Assembly (NCBI GenBank): GCA_017649605.1
Contig: JAGCGL010000049.1
Span: 11,402-75,401, forward strand
Direction of reading: 5' to 3'
Length of the DNA: 64,000 nucleotides
DNA from: Spirochaetia bacterium
GTDB lineage: Bacteria > Spirochaetota > Spirochaetia > CADAEX01
In this document: one piece after another, positions 1 through 9,026 of the stretch
Position numbering within the stretch: position 1 is the stretch's first letter
Layout: each line of letters begins with the position of its first letter
Made by a program: the position numbers and the translations under genes
The notes under the pieces: generated by a model
What the model saw: only the letters and a program-made list of their open reading frames with translations
What the model was told of the DNA's origin: nothing
The model's database searches: none

Positions 1-76
1 CTACACCTATAACCTTGATTACAGCACTTTCTACAGGACCTAACTTATCTTTGTCCTCAATTATTGTCAGTTCCAT
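1..76 (-). CDS. ftsZ: Cell division protein FtsZ, N-terminus only (runs off the window)
   Basis: Manual translation from ATG at 76 gives MELTIIEDKDKLGPVESAVIKVIGV, containing the FtsZ IKVIGV(G) motif. GGGGAGGGGAG RBS upstream; directly follows ftsA. Confidence 0.9.
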   Translation of the reverse strand, partial: MELTIIEDKDKLGPVESAVIKVIGV

Positions 77-95
77 TCTCCCCTCCCCCTATATA

Positions 96-1433
96 CTAAA
101 AATCCTTCATAAAGCTCTTGGTCTTTCCCCAAAGCCATTTACCTACATTCTTAAGAACTCCATCGCCGCTTTCCGATGGCATATCATCGCGGGAACCCAT
201 GCCTATATCAGGCTTTCTCCTTGCCATCTGAGCCCGGACTCTCATATCAAGCCCCACTTGGGCAAGGCCGATGGCTCCAGAATATTTTGGATTTTTATAA
301 ATTTCGCCATCAATCTTCTTTCCATCTTTCTCTATATCCACAGTAAAACCGATAGGATTTCCTATCCTAACAGGAATCTTGAACACTTCCTCAGCAACCT
401 CGCTTACTCCTGGAAGCAGAGCACCGCCTCCTGTAAGGACTATGCCGCTGTTCACATACTGCATAGCGTTTGCATCTTCTACTGCCCGTTTAACTTTGGA
501 GAAAATCTCCCACATCCTGGCCTTGGCAATCTCGCATACCTTAAGGCGGGAGATGCTTCTGTCGCCGAATGTGCCAGATATCAAAGGTATTTCAATAGTA
601 TCTTTTGGATCCACCAGCGATTCGTGGCAGGCACCCCGGTTAACCTTTATTTTCTCTGCTATTTCGCCGGAAAGCTTGAGCACAGCCGCAATATCGTTTG
701 TCACATAACGGCCGCCTATAGGAACAACACCTGTAAAGTAGGTGGCACCGTTCATCTGAATTCCAACCTCGGTTGTACCGCCGCCGATATCTATTACCAT
801 TACCCCGGTCTTTTCCTCCTCCGGGATCAGCACCGACTTGCAGTCTGCAAGTGTTATCGGAACCATGCTCTGTATGCCATATTCAGAACGCTCGATACAG
901 TTCTTAAGATTTTTCATGGCCGATGTTGAGGCTGTAATTATATGAGCCTTTACCTCAAGCCTGTTTCCGAACATGTTAAGGGGATTCTTTATGCCGCCCT
1001 GATTGTTAACCTTATATTCGATAGGCATGACAAAGAATGTCGCCCGGTCAGGAACCTCTGCGATACCACCGGCTGAGTGCATGGCCGCCTGCATGTTCTG
1101 CTCTGTGATCTCTGGTTTCTCGCCTTTTCTTTTGCTGACCACTCCAAAGGAATTGAGCCCTTTCACATGCTCTCCGCTTATGCCGCAGACTACATCTTCC
1201 ACATCCCTGCCAGACATATTCACTGCATCTTCTACAGCCTGGACAATAGATGCGCTTGCAGACTCCTTGTTGATTATCACGCCGTTACGGATTCCGTCGG
1301 ACGGGGCATTTCCTACACCCACAACCTTAAGGACAGGCTCTCCATTGCGGTCGGTATCGCATTCTCCTATTACAGCAGTAACATTTACTGTACCGATATC
1401 AAGCCCTACTACTATGTCTTTAGAATCCATCAT
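96..1433 (-). CDS. ftsA: Cell division protein FtsA
   Basis: VGLDIGT, VIDIGGGTT, GGRYVTNDIA and LTGGGALLPG actin-like motifs; dcw context. Confidence 0.97.
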   Translation of the reverse strand: MMDSKDIVVGLDIGTVNVTAVIGECDTDRNGEPVLKVVGVGNAPSDGIRNGVIINKESASASIVQAVEDAVNMSGRDVEDVVCGISGEHVKGLNSFGVVSKRKGEKPEITEQNMQAAMHSAGGIAEVPDRATFFVMPIEYKVNNQGGIKNPLNMFGNRLEVKAHIITASTSAMKNLKNCIERSEYGIQSMVPITLADCKSVLIPEEEKTGVMVIDIGGGTTEVGIQMNGATYFTGVVPIGGRYVTNDIAAVLKLSGEIAEKIKVNRGACHESLVDPKDTIEIPLISGTFGDRSISRLKVCEIAKARMWEIFSKVKRAVEDANAMQYVNSGIVLTGGGALLPGVSEVAEEVFKIPVRIGNPIGFTVDIEKDGKKIDGEIYKNPKYSGAIGLAQVGLDMRVRAQMARRKPDIGMGSRDDMPSESGDGVLKNVGKWLWGKTKSFMKDF

Positions 1434-2251
1434 CAGCCCTCCTTGACCTTATACACTATCTTGCCACCTCTGAAATCAAGCTCATCGGTCTGCTTATCAA
1501 TTCCGTTTTCTTCCATCACATCCAGGACAGTGAACATCTGCTGGAGCATCCTGTCGCTGATATCCGAGCTGGTGCGTATCCGGATACTGCTGTCAGCAGG
1601 ATAGATAACCACATCAAAAGTCCCCTCTGTCTTCTCCACAAATTTAATCTCTGAAATTTTCTCGAAAAGGGTGAAAGAAGACTGCTTTACTGCAGAAAGC
1701 CTGGAAAGATATGGGATGAACATGCTGGGCAGCTGTGTTCCCAGTCTCAAATTCTGGAATGTAAGACCCGAAATGACAGGAAGCTCATAGTCGGTTACCC
1801 CCTCGCCGATCTCGAATATAACCCCTTCCCTGTCCAGTGTCACAGGAACAGTACGTCCCTCCACCTCCATGAAGGCAAGGGCAAAAGGCTCCCGTCCCTC
1901 CACAGTTATTTTTATAAGCGATGGAAAATGTTTCTCCACAGTTGCACCCTGAATCAGGTTGTTCTCCAGAAGGCGTCTCTCAACCTCGGCAGCATCGATG
2001 GAGAAATAGCTGTCACCATCGGTTATTCCGGCCTGCTCAAGGATCTCGGAAGAAGAAAGCGCCACAGAAGCTGGAGCTTCCACCAGAACCCTCTGGATCT
2101 TAAGGTTCGGTGAGATAAACAACATGAAGGCAGCTTCCATGGACGCAAGACCAAGGATGAAGAGAAAAACAAAAAGGAGGATTTTTTTGTTTACTGTCCT
2201 GTTCTTATGTTTAACCGGGAAATAACCCGTATAAATATCAATACTACTCAT
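1433..2251 (-). CDS. ftsQ: Cell division protein FtsQ/DivIB (POTRA domain)
   Basis: Single TM helix, POTRA-like segment (VEKHFPSLIKITVEGREP), C-terminal ELDFR. Start placed at MSSID (2251) after GAGGAG. Confidence 0.88.
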   Translation of the reverse strand: MSSIDIYTGYFPVKHKNRTVNKKILLFVFLFILGLASMEAAFMLFISPNLKIQRVLVEAPASVALSSSEILEQAGITDGDSYFSIDAAEVERRLLENNLIQGATVEKHFPSLIKITVEGREPFALAFMEVEGRTVPVTLDREGVIFEIGEGVTDYELPVISGLTFQNLRLGTQLPSMFIPYLSRLSAVKQSSFTLFEKISEIKFVEKTEGTFDVVIYPADSSIRIRTSSDISDRMLQQMFTVLDVMEENGIDKQTDELDFRGGKIVYKVKEG

Positions 2252-3362
2252 AGTAATCTCCTCTGTCAGAGCCCCTCGATACATTCAGAAGGAAACCGCA
2301 CATTATCATAGTCACCAGCATGGAGGTTCCACCCTGGGAGAAGAATGGCATGGTAATTCCTGTAGTGGGGAGAAGCTCTGCCACAACAGCAGTGTTAACA
2401 AGCATCTGGAAGAAGATGCAGGTAGTAAATCCAAAAGCCACATACGACTTGAATTTGTCGGTGGCATTCCATGCAATATAGTAACCCTTGAAAGCCAAGA
2501 AGCCGAACAGCAGGATAATAATAAGGACACCTGCAAATCCCAGTTCCTCGCCTACAATGGCAAAGATAAAGTCAGATTTTGCCTCCGGAAGGCTTCCCAT
2601 CTTATAGCTTCCGCTTCCTATGCCCCGCCCGAAGATGCCGCCCGCAAGGAGCGCCTCCTTGGCCTTTACAATCTGGTAACTGCTTCCCTTGACATCGGTG
2701 TTTCCACCCATGTGGGATGTGAGACGCTCCAGACGATATGGCTCGCTGAGTATGAAAAGAAGGAAGAGAAGCCCCAGGGCTAGCCCCAGAAGGATAAGCA
2801 TTTTAAAGCGGAACTTGGAGACAAAGAACATAGTTCCGCAGAGTCCTACAATAAATAATGTGGTGGATAAATCGCTCTGCAGCCATACTATCTGGATGAC
2901 AATAAGAACCACTGTGAAGACAGATGTGGAATAATACTTCTTACGGCCGCTCTCGACCCTGACAAAGTCGGTGGCCAGGTAGAGGACAAGGGCTATCTTA
3001 TAGAACTCCGAAGGCTGTATTGAGAGGGCTCCGATGCGGATCCACCTGGAAGCACCGTTCACATAACCGTACAGAGGAGGCAGCATATTAAGGGCAAAAA
3101 CTGCAATGAGGAAAAATTTGTTAAGGTTGCTGAAGACATTCAGAGGCATATAGGCCACAATGATGGCAATGATGGAACCCATGCAGAACATAAGGGCCTG
3201 CCGGGATATAAAGTAGGTGAACGGTTTTCCTGAGTTGACAGCATCCGGGTAGGAGGCAGAGAACAGCATGGCCATACCGCTGCCTGCCAGAAGCAGGATC
3301 ACTGCCAGCAGCATTGTATCAAAAGAGGAACCGCGCTGTTTTTCCATCAAGAAACCTTCCAT
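2244..3362 (-). CDS. ftsW: SEDS peptidoglycan glycosyltransferase FtsW
   Basis: GASRWI, IQPSEF, LPEAKSDFIFAIVGEELG and PFFSQGGTS SEDS motifs. Confidence 0.96.
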   Translation of the reverse strand: MEGFLMEKQRGSSFDTMLLAVILLLAGSGMAMLFSASYPDAVNSGKPFTYFISRQALMFCMGSIIAIIVAYMPLNVFSNLNKFFLIAVFALNMLPPLYGYVNGASRWIRIGALSIQPSEFYKIALVLYLATDFVRVESGRKKYYSTSVFTVVLIVIQIVWLQSDLSTTLFIVGLCGTMFFVSKFRFKMLILLGLALGLLFLLFILSEPYRLERLTSHMGGNTDVKGSSYQIVKAKEALLAGGIFGRGIGSGSYKMGSLPEAKSDFIFAIVGEELGFAGVLIIILLFGFLAFKGYYIAWNATDKFKSYVAFGFTTCIFFQMLVNTAVVAELLPTTGITMPFFSQGGTSMLVTMIMCGFLLNVSRGSDRGDYYE

Positions 3363-3375
3363 CAGTCTCCTTTCC

Positions 3376-4458
3376 TTACTGCAGTTTCAGCGATGACAGG
3401 GCCAGTACTACAAAAAGCCCGCCTAAAATCCAGAACCGGGTGACAACCCGGGTCTCCTTCCATCCCAGTTTCTCAAAATGATGGTGAATAGGTGTCATAA
3501 GGAACACCCTCTTCCCTTCATGATTTGCACTGTGTTTCTTTGTATATTTGAAATAGAGGCACTGGATGATCACCGACAATGCCTCGATCACAAATACTCC
3601 TCCGATAAAGATAAGCAGTATCTCTTTCTTAAGAAGAAGCGCCATAAGTCCGATTATGCCGCCCAGAGAAAGGCTTCCGGTATCGCCCATGAACATCTCG
3701 GCAGGATGGCAGTTGAACCAGAGGAATCCTATTGATGCCCCTATAAGAGCAAGGCTTAGAACTGCCAGCTCGCTGCATCCGGACATGAACGGAATATTAA
3801 GATAAGCCGCAAAGTCTGCACGGCCTGTTATATATGCCAGGATCGCAAACCCAATTGCCACCAGGAACACAAGCCCTATCGCCAGGCCATCCAGACCGTC
3901 GGTCAGATTCACTGCGTTGGATGCGCCCACCAGAATTATTATGCCGAAAGGAATATAGAGCAGTCCCAGGTCGCATACCGGATATTTGTAGAACGGAACA
4001 TAGAGCATTGTAGTGTTATCGTTCCTGTTCAGATAGATAAGGATGACAATGATGGCCGACACAACGATCTGCCACATAATCTTGCGCTTTGGATTGAGCC
4101 CTACAGTATTTTTCATTGTTATCTTGAGCCAGTCGTCGGCAAAGCCTATGCCGCCGAAGCCAAGAACTGCAAAAAGGGAAAGCCAGGTGAAGCTGTTCCT
4201 GAGGTCCTGCCAGAGAAGAACAGAGATAACAATGGCAAAGATGATCAGGATACCGCCCATGGTAGGAGTTCCTTCCTTGACCCGATGGGTCTGTGGGCCG
4301 TCGGAGCGCACCTCCTGTCCCATCTTTTTCTTCTTCAGCCAGCGGATGACACCTGGCCCCATGATAAGGGATATGATAAGTGCTGTAACTGCCGCATACG
4401 ATGCTCTGAAGGTGATGTATTTAAATATGTTTATCTGGGAAGCTAACTCTTTTAACAC
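3376..4458 (-). CDS. mraY: Phospho-N-acetylmuramoyl-pentapeptide transferase
   Basis: KEGTPTMGG, NAVNLTDGLDGLA, FMGDTGS and PIHHHFE motifs. Confidence 0.98.
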   Translation of the reverse strand: MLKELASQINIFKYITFRASYAAVTALIISLIMGPGVIRWLKKKKMGQEVRSDGPQTHRVKEGTPTMGGILIIFAIVISVLLWQDLRNSFTWLSLFAVLGFGGIGFADDWLKITMKNTVGLNPKRKIMWQIVVSAIIVILIYLNRNDNTTMLYVPFYKYPVCDLGLLYIPFGIIILVGASNAVNLTDGLDGLAIGLVFLVAIGFAILAYITGRADFAAYLNIPFMSGCSELAVLSLALIGASIGFLWFNCHPAEMFMGDTGSLSLGGIIGLMALLLKKEILLIFIGGVFVIEALSVIIQCLYFKYTKKHSANHEGKRVFLMTPIHHHFEKLGWKETRVVTRFWILGGLFVVLALSSLKLQ

Positions 4459-4459
4459 T

Positions 4460-5854
4460 TCATTTACCCCTGCTCTTTAGTTTTTCCACAATCCGTTCCA
4501 TTGCCATGCCCCTGGAGCCCTTTACCACAACCAGGTCCCCAGGGCTGACAAAATCGACAACTGCCTTTTCCAGCGCCTCGTACTCAGGGCTCCAGAAAGG
4601 GCTTTTTCCTGCATCTATAAGTGCATCATAGGCAGCTTTCATCTCGTTTCCGAAAAGGAAGATACCTGATGCATCCGAATAAGAGAGCTTTCGCCCTATC
4701 TTTGCATGTATGCTGTCGGACTCATCACCCTGCTCCAGGAGAGACCCCAGCACAAACACCACACGTTTCACAGAGGAGGCTGCCTCGGATGCAAAATCCA
4801 CAACTGCCATTACAGCCTCTAAGTTGGCGTTGTAGCAGTCGCACAGAATATCTATGCCGCCGACCTTATAAAGTTCTCCCCGGCCGAACATAGTGCTGGC
4901 CCCTTCCAGAGCCTCTTTTATCTGCGTATCTGTTGCTCCGAAATAGCGTCCAACTGCGGCGGCCGCCATTGCATTCTGGAAGTTGTATTTTCCCATGAGC
5001 GGGAAATGTATCTTCTCTTCCCCCAGAGTGAACTCTGAGCCTTCTGTCCCCTTAAGCTCAAAGCCCTCTGCCATGGAGGCACCATATGTAAAGTACTGCA
5101 GCTCCTCTCCCACCTGATGCTGCAGGTAGTCGGCATAATCGTCGTTCTCGTTCACAAAGCCGGCCTCGAGCGATGGATTCTCGGAGAATATCTTTCCTTT
5201 CTCGAATGCAATGTTGTCCTGCGATCCCAGAATACCTATGTGGGCAGTGCCGATATTGGTCACAACCCCCACCTGCGGATGGAGCACACCAACCAGGGCA
5301 TCCATCTCTCCCTTGTGGTTTATGCCCATCTCGAACACGCCGAACTTGTGTTCAGCACGGATAGAGAACATGGAAAGAGGAAGGCCTATCTCGGAATTGA
5401 GGTTCCCCTTGGAGCATACAGTGCTGCCAAGCTTGGAAAGGATAGAGGCTATAAGCTCCTTGGTGGTGGTCTTTCCGCTTGAGCCTGTTATACCGACCAT
5501 CTTTATAGCCGGGAACTTGTCCCTGTAGAACCGGGCCAGAGCCTGCAGAGCGGCCAGAGCATCCTGAACCTGCAGGATGTAACATTTCCCCGACTCAATG
5601 GTTTTATTTATGTCAGGAGTCAAGCGCTCCACAACACACATACCAGCTCCTTTGTCTGCTGCAGACGAGACAAAGAGATGGCCGTCGGTCTGTTCCCCCT
5701 TCAATGCGAAGAAGATGGAACCTGGACCGGCCATCCTTGAGTCTGTGCATGCACCTGTAAAATATGTCCCCTCCCCAGAAGACAGCAACTGGCCACCAGT
5801 TGCCTTAACTATTTCATCTACGGAAAGAGCTAGTTCATTCTTGCTCCTCTGCAT
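4460..5854 (-). CDS. murF: UDP-N-acetylmuramoyl-tripeptide--D-Ala-D-Ala ligase
   Basis: TDSR, GITGSSGKTTTKE, NSEIGLP, DCYNAN and KGSRG motifs. Confidence 0.96.
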   Translation of the reverse strand: MQRSKNELALSVDEIVKATGGQLLSSGEGTYFTGACTDSRMAGPGSIFFALKGEQTDGHLFVSSAADKGAGMCVVERLTPDINKTIESGKCYILQVQDALAALQALARFYRDKFPAIKMVGITGSSGKTTTKELIASILSKLGSTVCSKGNLNSEIGLPLSMFSIRAEHKFGVFEMGINHKGEMDALVGVLHPQVGVVTNIGTAHIGILGSQDNIAFEKGKIFSENPSLEAGFVNENDDYADYLQHQVGEELQYFTYGASMAEGFELKGTEGSEFTLGEEKIHFPLMGKYNFQNAMAAAAVGRYFGATDTQIKEALEGASTMFGRGELYKVGGIDILCDCYNANLEAVMAVVDFASEAASSVKRVVFVLGSLLEQGDESDSIHAKIGRKLSYSDASGIFLFGNEMKAAYDALIDAGKSPFWSPEYEALEKAVVDFVSPGDLVVVKGSRGMAMERIVEKLKSRGK

Positions 5855-6143
5855 CCGAATCTACCTGACTCCTTGTCTCTATTATGATTGTCTGCCCTAC
5901 ACTTGCGTTGGACAGCTTCATTGTCTCCTTGACATCCTTCACATGCTGTGGAGAGCTGTAAGCCGAAAGAGCTGTAAGCTCCTGCTTGTTTTTCTCGAAC
6001 CACTGCTCCTGCGTGTTCTGATATTCGTTGACCTCGGCCTGAAGCCGCTCGTACTTATATCCCTGGTATATGTTCAGGGCAAACAGCCCCATTATTGCTA
6101 TAACAAGAACTAAAATGACAAAACTGCTCAACTTTCCTTTCAT
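5835..6143 (-). CDS. ftsL: FtsL-like septation protein
   Basis: Short protein with N-terminal TM and coiled coil, located between rsmH and murF. Confidence 0.7.
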   Translation of the reverse strand: MKGKLSSFVILVLVIAIMGLFALNIYQGYKYERLQAEVNEYQNTQEQWFEKNKQELTALSAYSSPQHVKDVKETMKLSNASVGQTIIIETRSQVDSDAEEQE

Positions 6144-7081
6144 ACAGCCACCTTTTCTGCCACCCGTAACTTGGAGCTGCGGGATGCAGCATTCTCCGAT
6201 ATCTCAGCCTCGGAGGGAGCTACCGGTTTCTTGGTGATTATATTCACCACCCGGTGATTTCTGCCGCAGGTACACCGTGGTGCAGAGTCTGGACAGATAC
6301 AATCTTTCTCTTTATCCCGGAAGAAATTCTTTACAATCCTGTCCTCCAGGGAATGGAATGTTATGACAGCTATCCTGCCGCCCGGAACCAGCACCTCGAG
6401 CGCCTTTTCCAAAGCCTCCGGCAGCCGCTCCAGCTCGCCGTTCACGGCGATACGCAGCGCCTGGAAGGTGCGTGTCGCAGGATGAATCTTGCCGTGCCGG
6501 TACCCTTCAGGCACTGCGTGGTAGACTACGTCTGCCAGCTGGGCGGCTGTGGTTATGGCACCTGATTCCCGCGCCTCCACTATGGCCCTGGCAATGCGCC
6601 TTGAGTAGCGCTCTTCGCCATAGTTGTAGATGATGTCGGCCAGGCGCTCTGCCGGATAGTTGTTGACCATGTCGGCGGCAGAGACTACCAGGTCTTCACC
6701 AAGCTCCATGTTCAGGGGCTCCTCCTTGCGGAAAGAGAACCCCCGGCCTGATTTTTCATAGTGGTATGTGGAGATTCCCAGGTCGAACAGGATCTTGTCC
6801 GGCCTTGGGGATCGGGTGGAATAGTCTGCAAAAAAACGGTTGAACCAGGTGTTGCAGAACTGAACACGCCCTTTGAAGGGGGCAAGACGCTCCTCTGCAA
6901 CCTTGAGTATATGGTCATCTGCATCCAGGCAGATCAGCTTGATATCGGGATAAGCAGAAAGAAGGGCCTCGGAATGGCCCCCTTCTCCGGTGGTGCAGTC
7001 TATGAACAGCTCGCCTGGTTTTGAGGGTTTTAAATAGGAGAGAACCTCGTTTTTAAGTACCGAATAGTGAACCACTTCCAT
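6140..7081 (-). CDS. rsmH: 16S rRNA m4C1402 methyltransferase RsmH
   Basis: HYSVL, DCTTGEGGHS, FDLGIS, HPATRTFQALRIAVN and TFHSLEDRIVK motifs. Confidence 0.98.
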   Translation of the reverse strand: MEVVHYSVLKNEVLSYLKPSKPGELFIDCTTGEGGHSEALLSAYPDIKLICLDADDHILKVAEERLAPFKGRVQFCNTWFNRFFADYSTRSPRPDKILFDLGISTYHYEKSGRGFSFRKEEPLNMELGEDLVVSAADMVNNYPAERLADIIYNYGEERYSRRIARAIVEARESGAITTAAQLADVVYHAVPEGYRHGKIHPATRTFQALRIAVNGELERLPEALEKALEVLVPGGRIAVITFHSLEDRIVKNFFRDKEKDCICPDSAPRCTCGRNHRVVNIITKKPVAPSEAEISENAASRSSKLRVAEKVAV

Positions 7082-7084
7082 AGC

Positions 7085-7516
7085 CTACTGGAGACTCCTG
7101 CCAATATTTTCCAATGCTGCCTTAACCTTGGATACATTTTCCTCAATATATTTGTCATAGAGACTTCTATTCCAAATATCGATATGCTCTTCCATCCCTT
7201 CGCAGATGGAGCATTCCTTGGTAAGTCCGGCATACTGGCGCAATGGCAGGGATATGTTGATGCGGCCTGTCCTGTCTATCTCGATCTCTTGAGCCGGGAT
7301 AAGGAAATGGCTCCGCACCACTCTTCCGTCTTCAGTAAAGCTGGAGGTTGTCTGGATAATGCGCTGCTTGAACTGTTCCCACAGCTCCGGGGTGAACATC
7401 CACAGACAGGTGTCGGCGCCACGGGTAATGTAGAGCTTTGTGCCCTGCATCCCGGTCCTGAGTCCTGCCGGAAGCATCATTCTCCCCTTGTCATCCAGAT
7501 TATTCCAATAAATCAC
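7085..7516 (-). CDS. mraZ: Transcriptional regulator MraZ
   Basis: Two DxxGR motifs (LDDKGR, IDRTGR); first gene of the dcw cluster; GTG start. Confidence 0.95.
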   Translation of the reverse strand: MIYWNNLDDKGRMMLPAGLRTGMQGTKLYITRGADTCLWMFTPELWEQFKQRIIQTTSSFTEDGRVVRSHFLIPAQEIEIDRTGRINISLPLRQYAGLTKECSICEGMEEHIDIWNRSLYDKYIEENVSKVKAALENIGRSLQ

Positions 7517-7520
7517 AATC

Positions 7521-7560
7521 TTCCACCACTAACATCCAAAATATACCACAATTTACCACT
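7521..7560 (-). promoter_or_regulatory. MraZ-binding repeats (GTGG at 10-bp periodicity)
   Basis: Minus strand reads aGTGGtaaat tGTGGtatat tTTGGatgtt aGTGGtggaa between the promoter and the mraZ start. Confidence 0.8.
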
Positions 7561-7567
7561 TATGGAC

Positions 7568-7597
7568 ATTATGGGGGATAGTAGGGAAAAATGTCAA
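7568..7597 (-). promoter_or_regulatory. Sigma70-type promoter of the dcw operon
   Basis: TTGACA-18 nt-CATAAT on the minus strand. Confidence 0.65.
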
Positions 7598-7712
7598 CTA
7601 TTTTTTTCCCAGATTTATAAAATTTTTTTTGGGAACTTTTTTGACACCCCTCCTGCAGTTGTCATACTCCCCTTTTTTTTGTATGCTATATATAGAAATA
7701 AAGGAAAAAACC

Positions 7713-9026
7713 ATGAGCATCATAGAACCGAAAGTCCTAAAAGGATTCAGAGACTCCCTCCCTGCCGAGGAGACAGAGAAGAAGAGGCTGTTCGCCATTC
7801 TGGAGAAGACATTCACCAGCTTCGGCTTTGCCCCTATCGACACTCCGGTGCTGGAGTACACACAGGTGCTTTTAGGCAAGGGCGGCGGCGAGACCGACAA
7901 GCAGATCTACCGCTTCACCGACAACGGCGACCGCGATGTCTCCATGCGTTTTGACCTTACTGTTCCCTTTGCCCGGTTTGTCAGCGCGAACCTGGACAAG
8001 CTTCCACTCCCCTTCAAGCGGTACCACATTGCCAAGGTATGGCGCGGCGAGAACACACAGAAAGGACGCTACCGCGAGTTCTACCAGTGCGACTTCGACA
8101 TAGTGGGGGTAGATTCTGCCGCCGCCGACCTGGAGATTCTGACCATGATCTGCCAGTCCCTCAAGAACATCGGTGTGGACGGCTTCAAGATCCACCTGGC
8201 AAGCAGACAGGTGTTCAACCGCTTCCTGGCCAAGCTGGGAATCCAGGACAAGCTTACCGATATCCTCCGTCTGGTGGACAAGCTGGCCAAGATCGGAGAG
8301 GAAGAGGTGGCAAAACAGCTGGCCGAGATTGCCGGCTCCAATGCTGCAGAGAAGATTCTTTCTTATATAAAGATGGAGGAGAGCTTCGACAAGACCCTGG
8401 AGAAGATCACTGCCCTTGCCGGCGGCGAGGCTGATGACACAGCACGGCTCTGTGCACTCAAGAAGGCTTTGGATGACAACGGTCTTGCAGACTGCTTTGT
8501 CCTTGACCCGTCAATAACCCGGGGCCTCGACTACTACACAGGCATAGTGTACGAGACATTCCTGGACAGCGCGCCGGAGTTCGGCTCTGTCTGCTCTGGC
8601 GGCCGGTACAACAACCTGGCTTCGCTCTACACCAAGACACAGCTTCCGGGCGTAGGTGCATCCATCGGCATAGACCGCCTTATCTCGGCCCTCGAGGCGC
8701 TTGGAAAGAAGAATGACAACCAGGCCCTGTGCGACACCATCATATTCAACACCGATGAGCCACTTTTAGGCCACTACACAAAGATAGCCCTGATGCTGCG
8801 GAAAGAGGGAATCTCCTGCGACCTCTACCCCGAGGCCAAGAAGCTCAACAAGCAGTTCGGCTACGTGGAGAAAAAGCATATCCCTGTGGGAATCATAATC
8901 GGAACCGATGAATATGAGTCCGGAACTATTACAGTCAAGGACCTCAGGACCAGGGAGAACTTCGAGAGACTGCCGCTGGAAAAGGGAATAGAGAAAATAA
9001 AATCTTTACTTAATCACGAGGCATAA
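7713..9026 (+). CDS. hisS: Histidyl-tRNA ligase
   Basis: RFDLTVP, GRYREFYQCDFD, RGLDYYTG and GGRY motifs; ATG at 7713 after AAGGA. Confidence 0.98.
   Translation: MSIIEPKVLKGFRDSLPAEETEKKRLFAILEKTFTSFGFAPIDTPVLEYTQVLLGKGGGETDKQIYRFTDNGDRDVSMRFDLTVPFARFVSANLDKLPLPFKRYHIAKVWRGENTQKGRYREFYQCDFDIVGVDSAAADLEILTMICQSLKNIGVDGFKIHLASRQVFNRFLAKLGIQDKLTDILRLVDKLAKIGEEEVAKQLAEIAGSNAAEKILSYIKMEESFDKTLEKITALAGGEADDTARLCALKKALDDNGLADCFVLDPSITRGLDYYTGIVYETFLDSAPEFGSVCSGGRYNNLASLYTKTQLPGVGASIGIDRLISALEALGKKNDNQALCDTIIFNTDEPLLGHYTKIALMLRKEGISCDLYPEAKKLNKQFGYVEKKHIPVGIIIGTDEYESGTITVKDLRTRENFERLPLEKGIEKIKSLLNHEA

Noticed and set aside
1-7516. dcw cluster lacking ftsI, murE, murD and murG
   Set aside because: This reduced order is the usual spirochaete arrangement.
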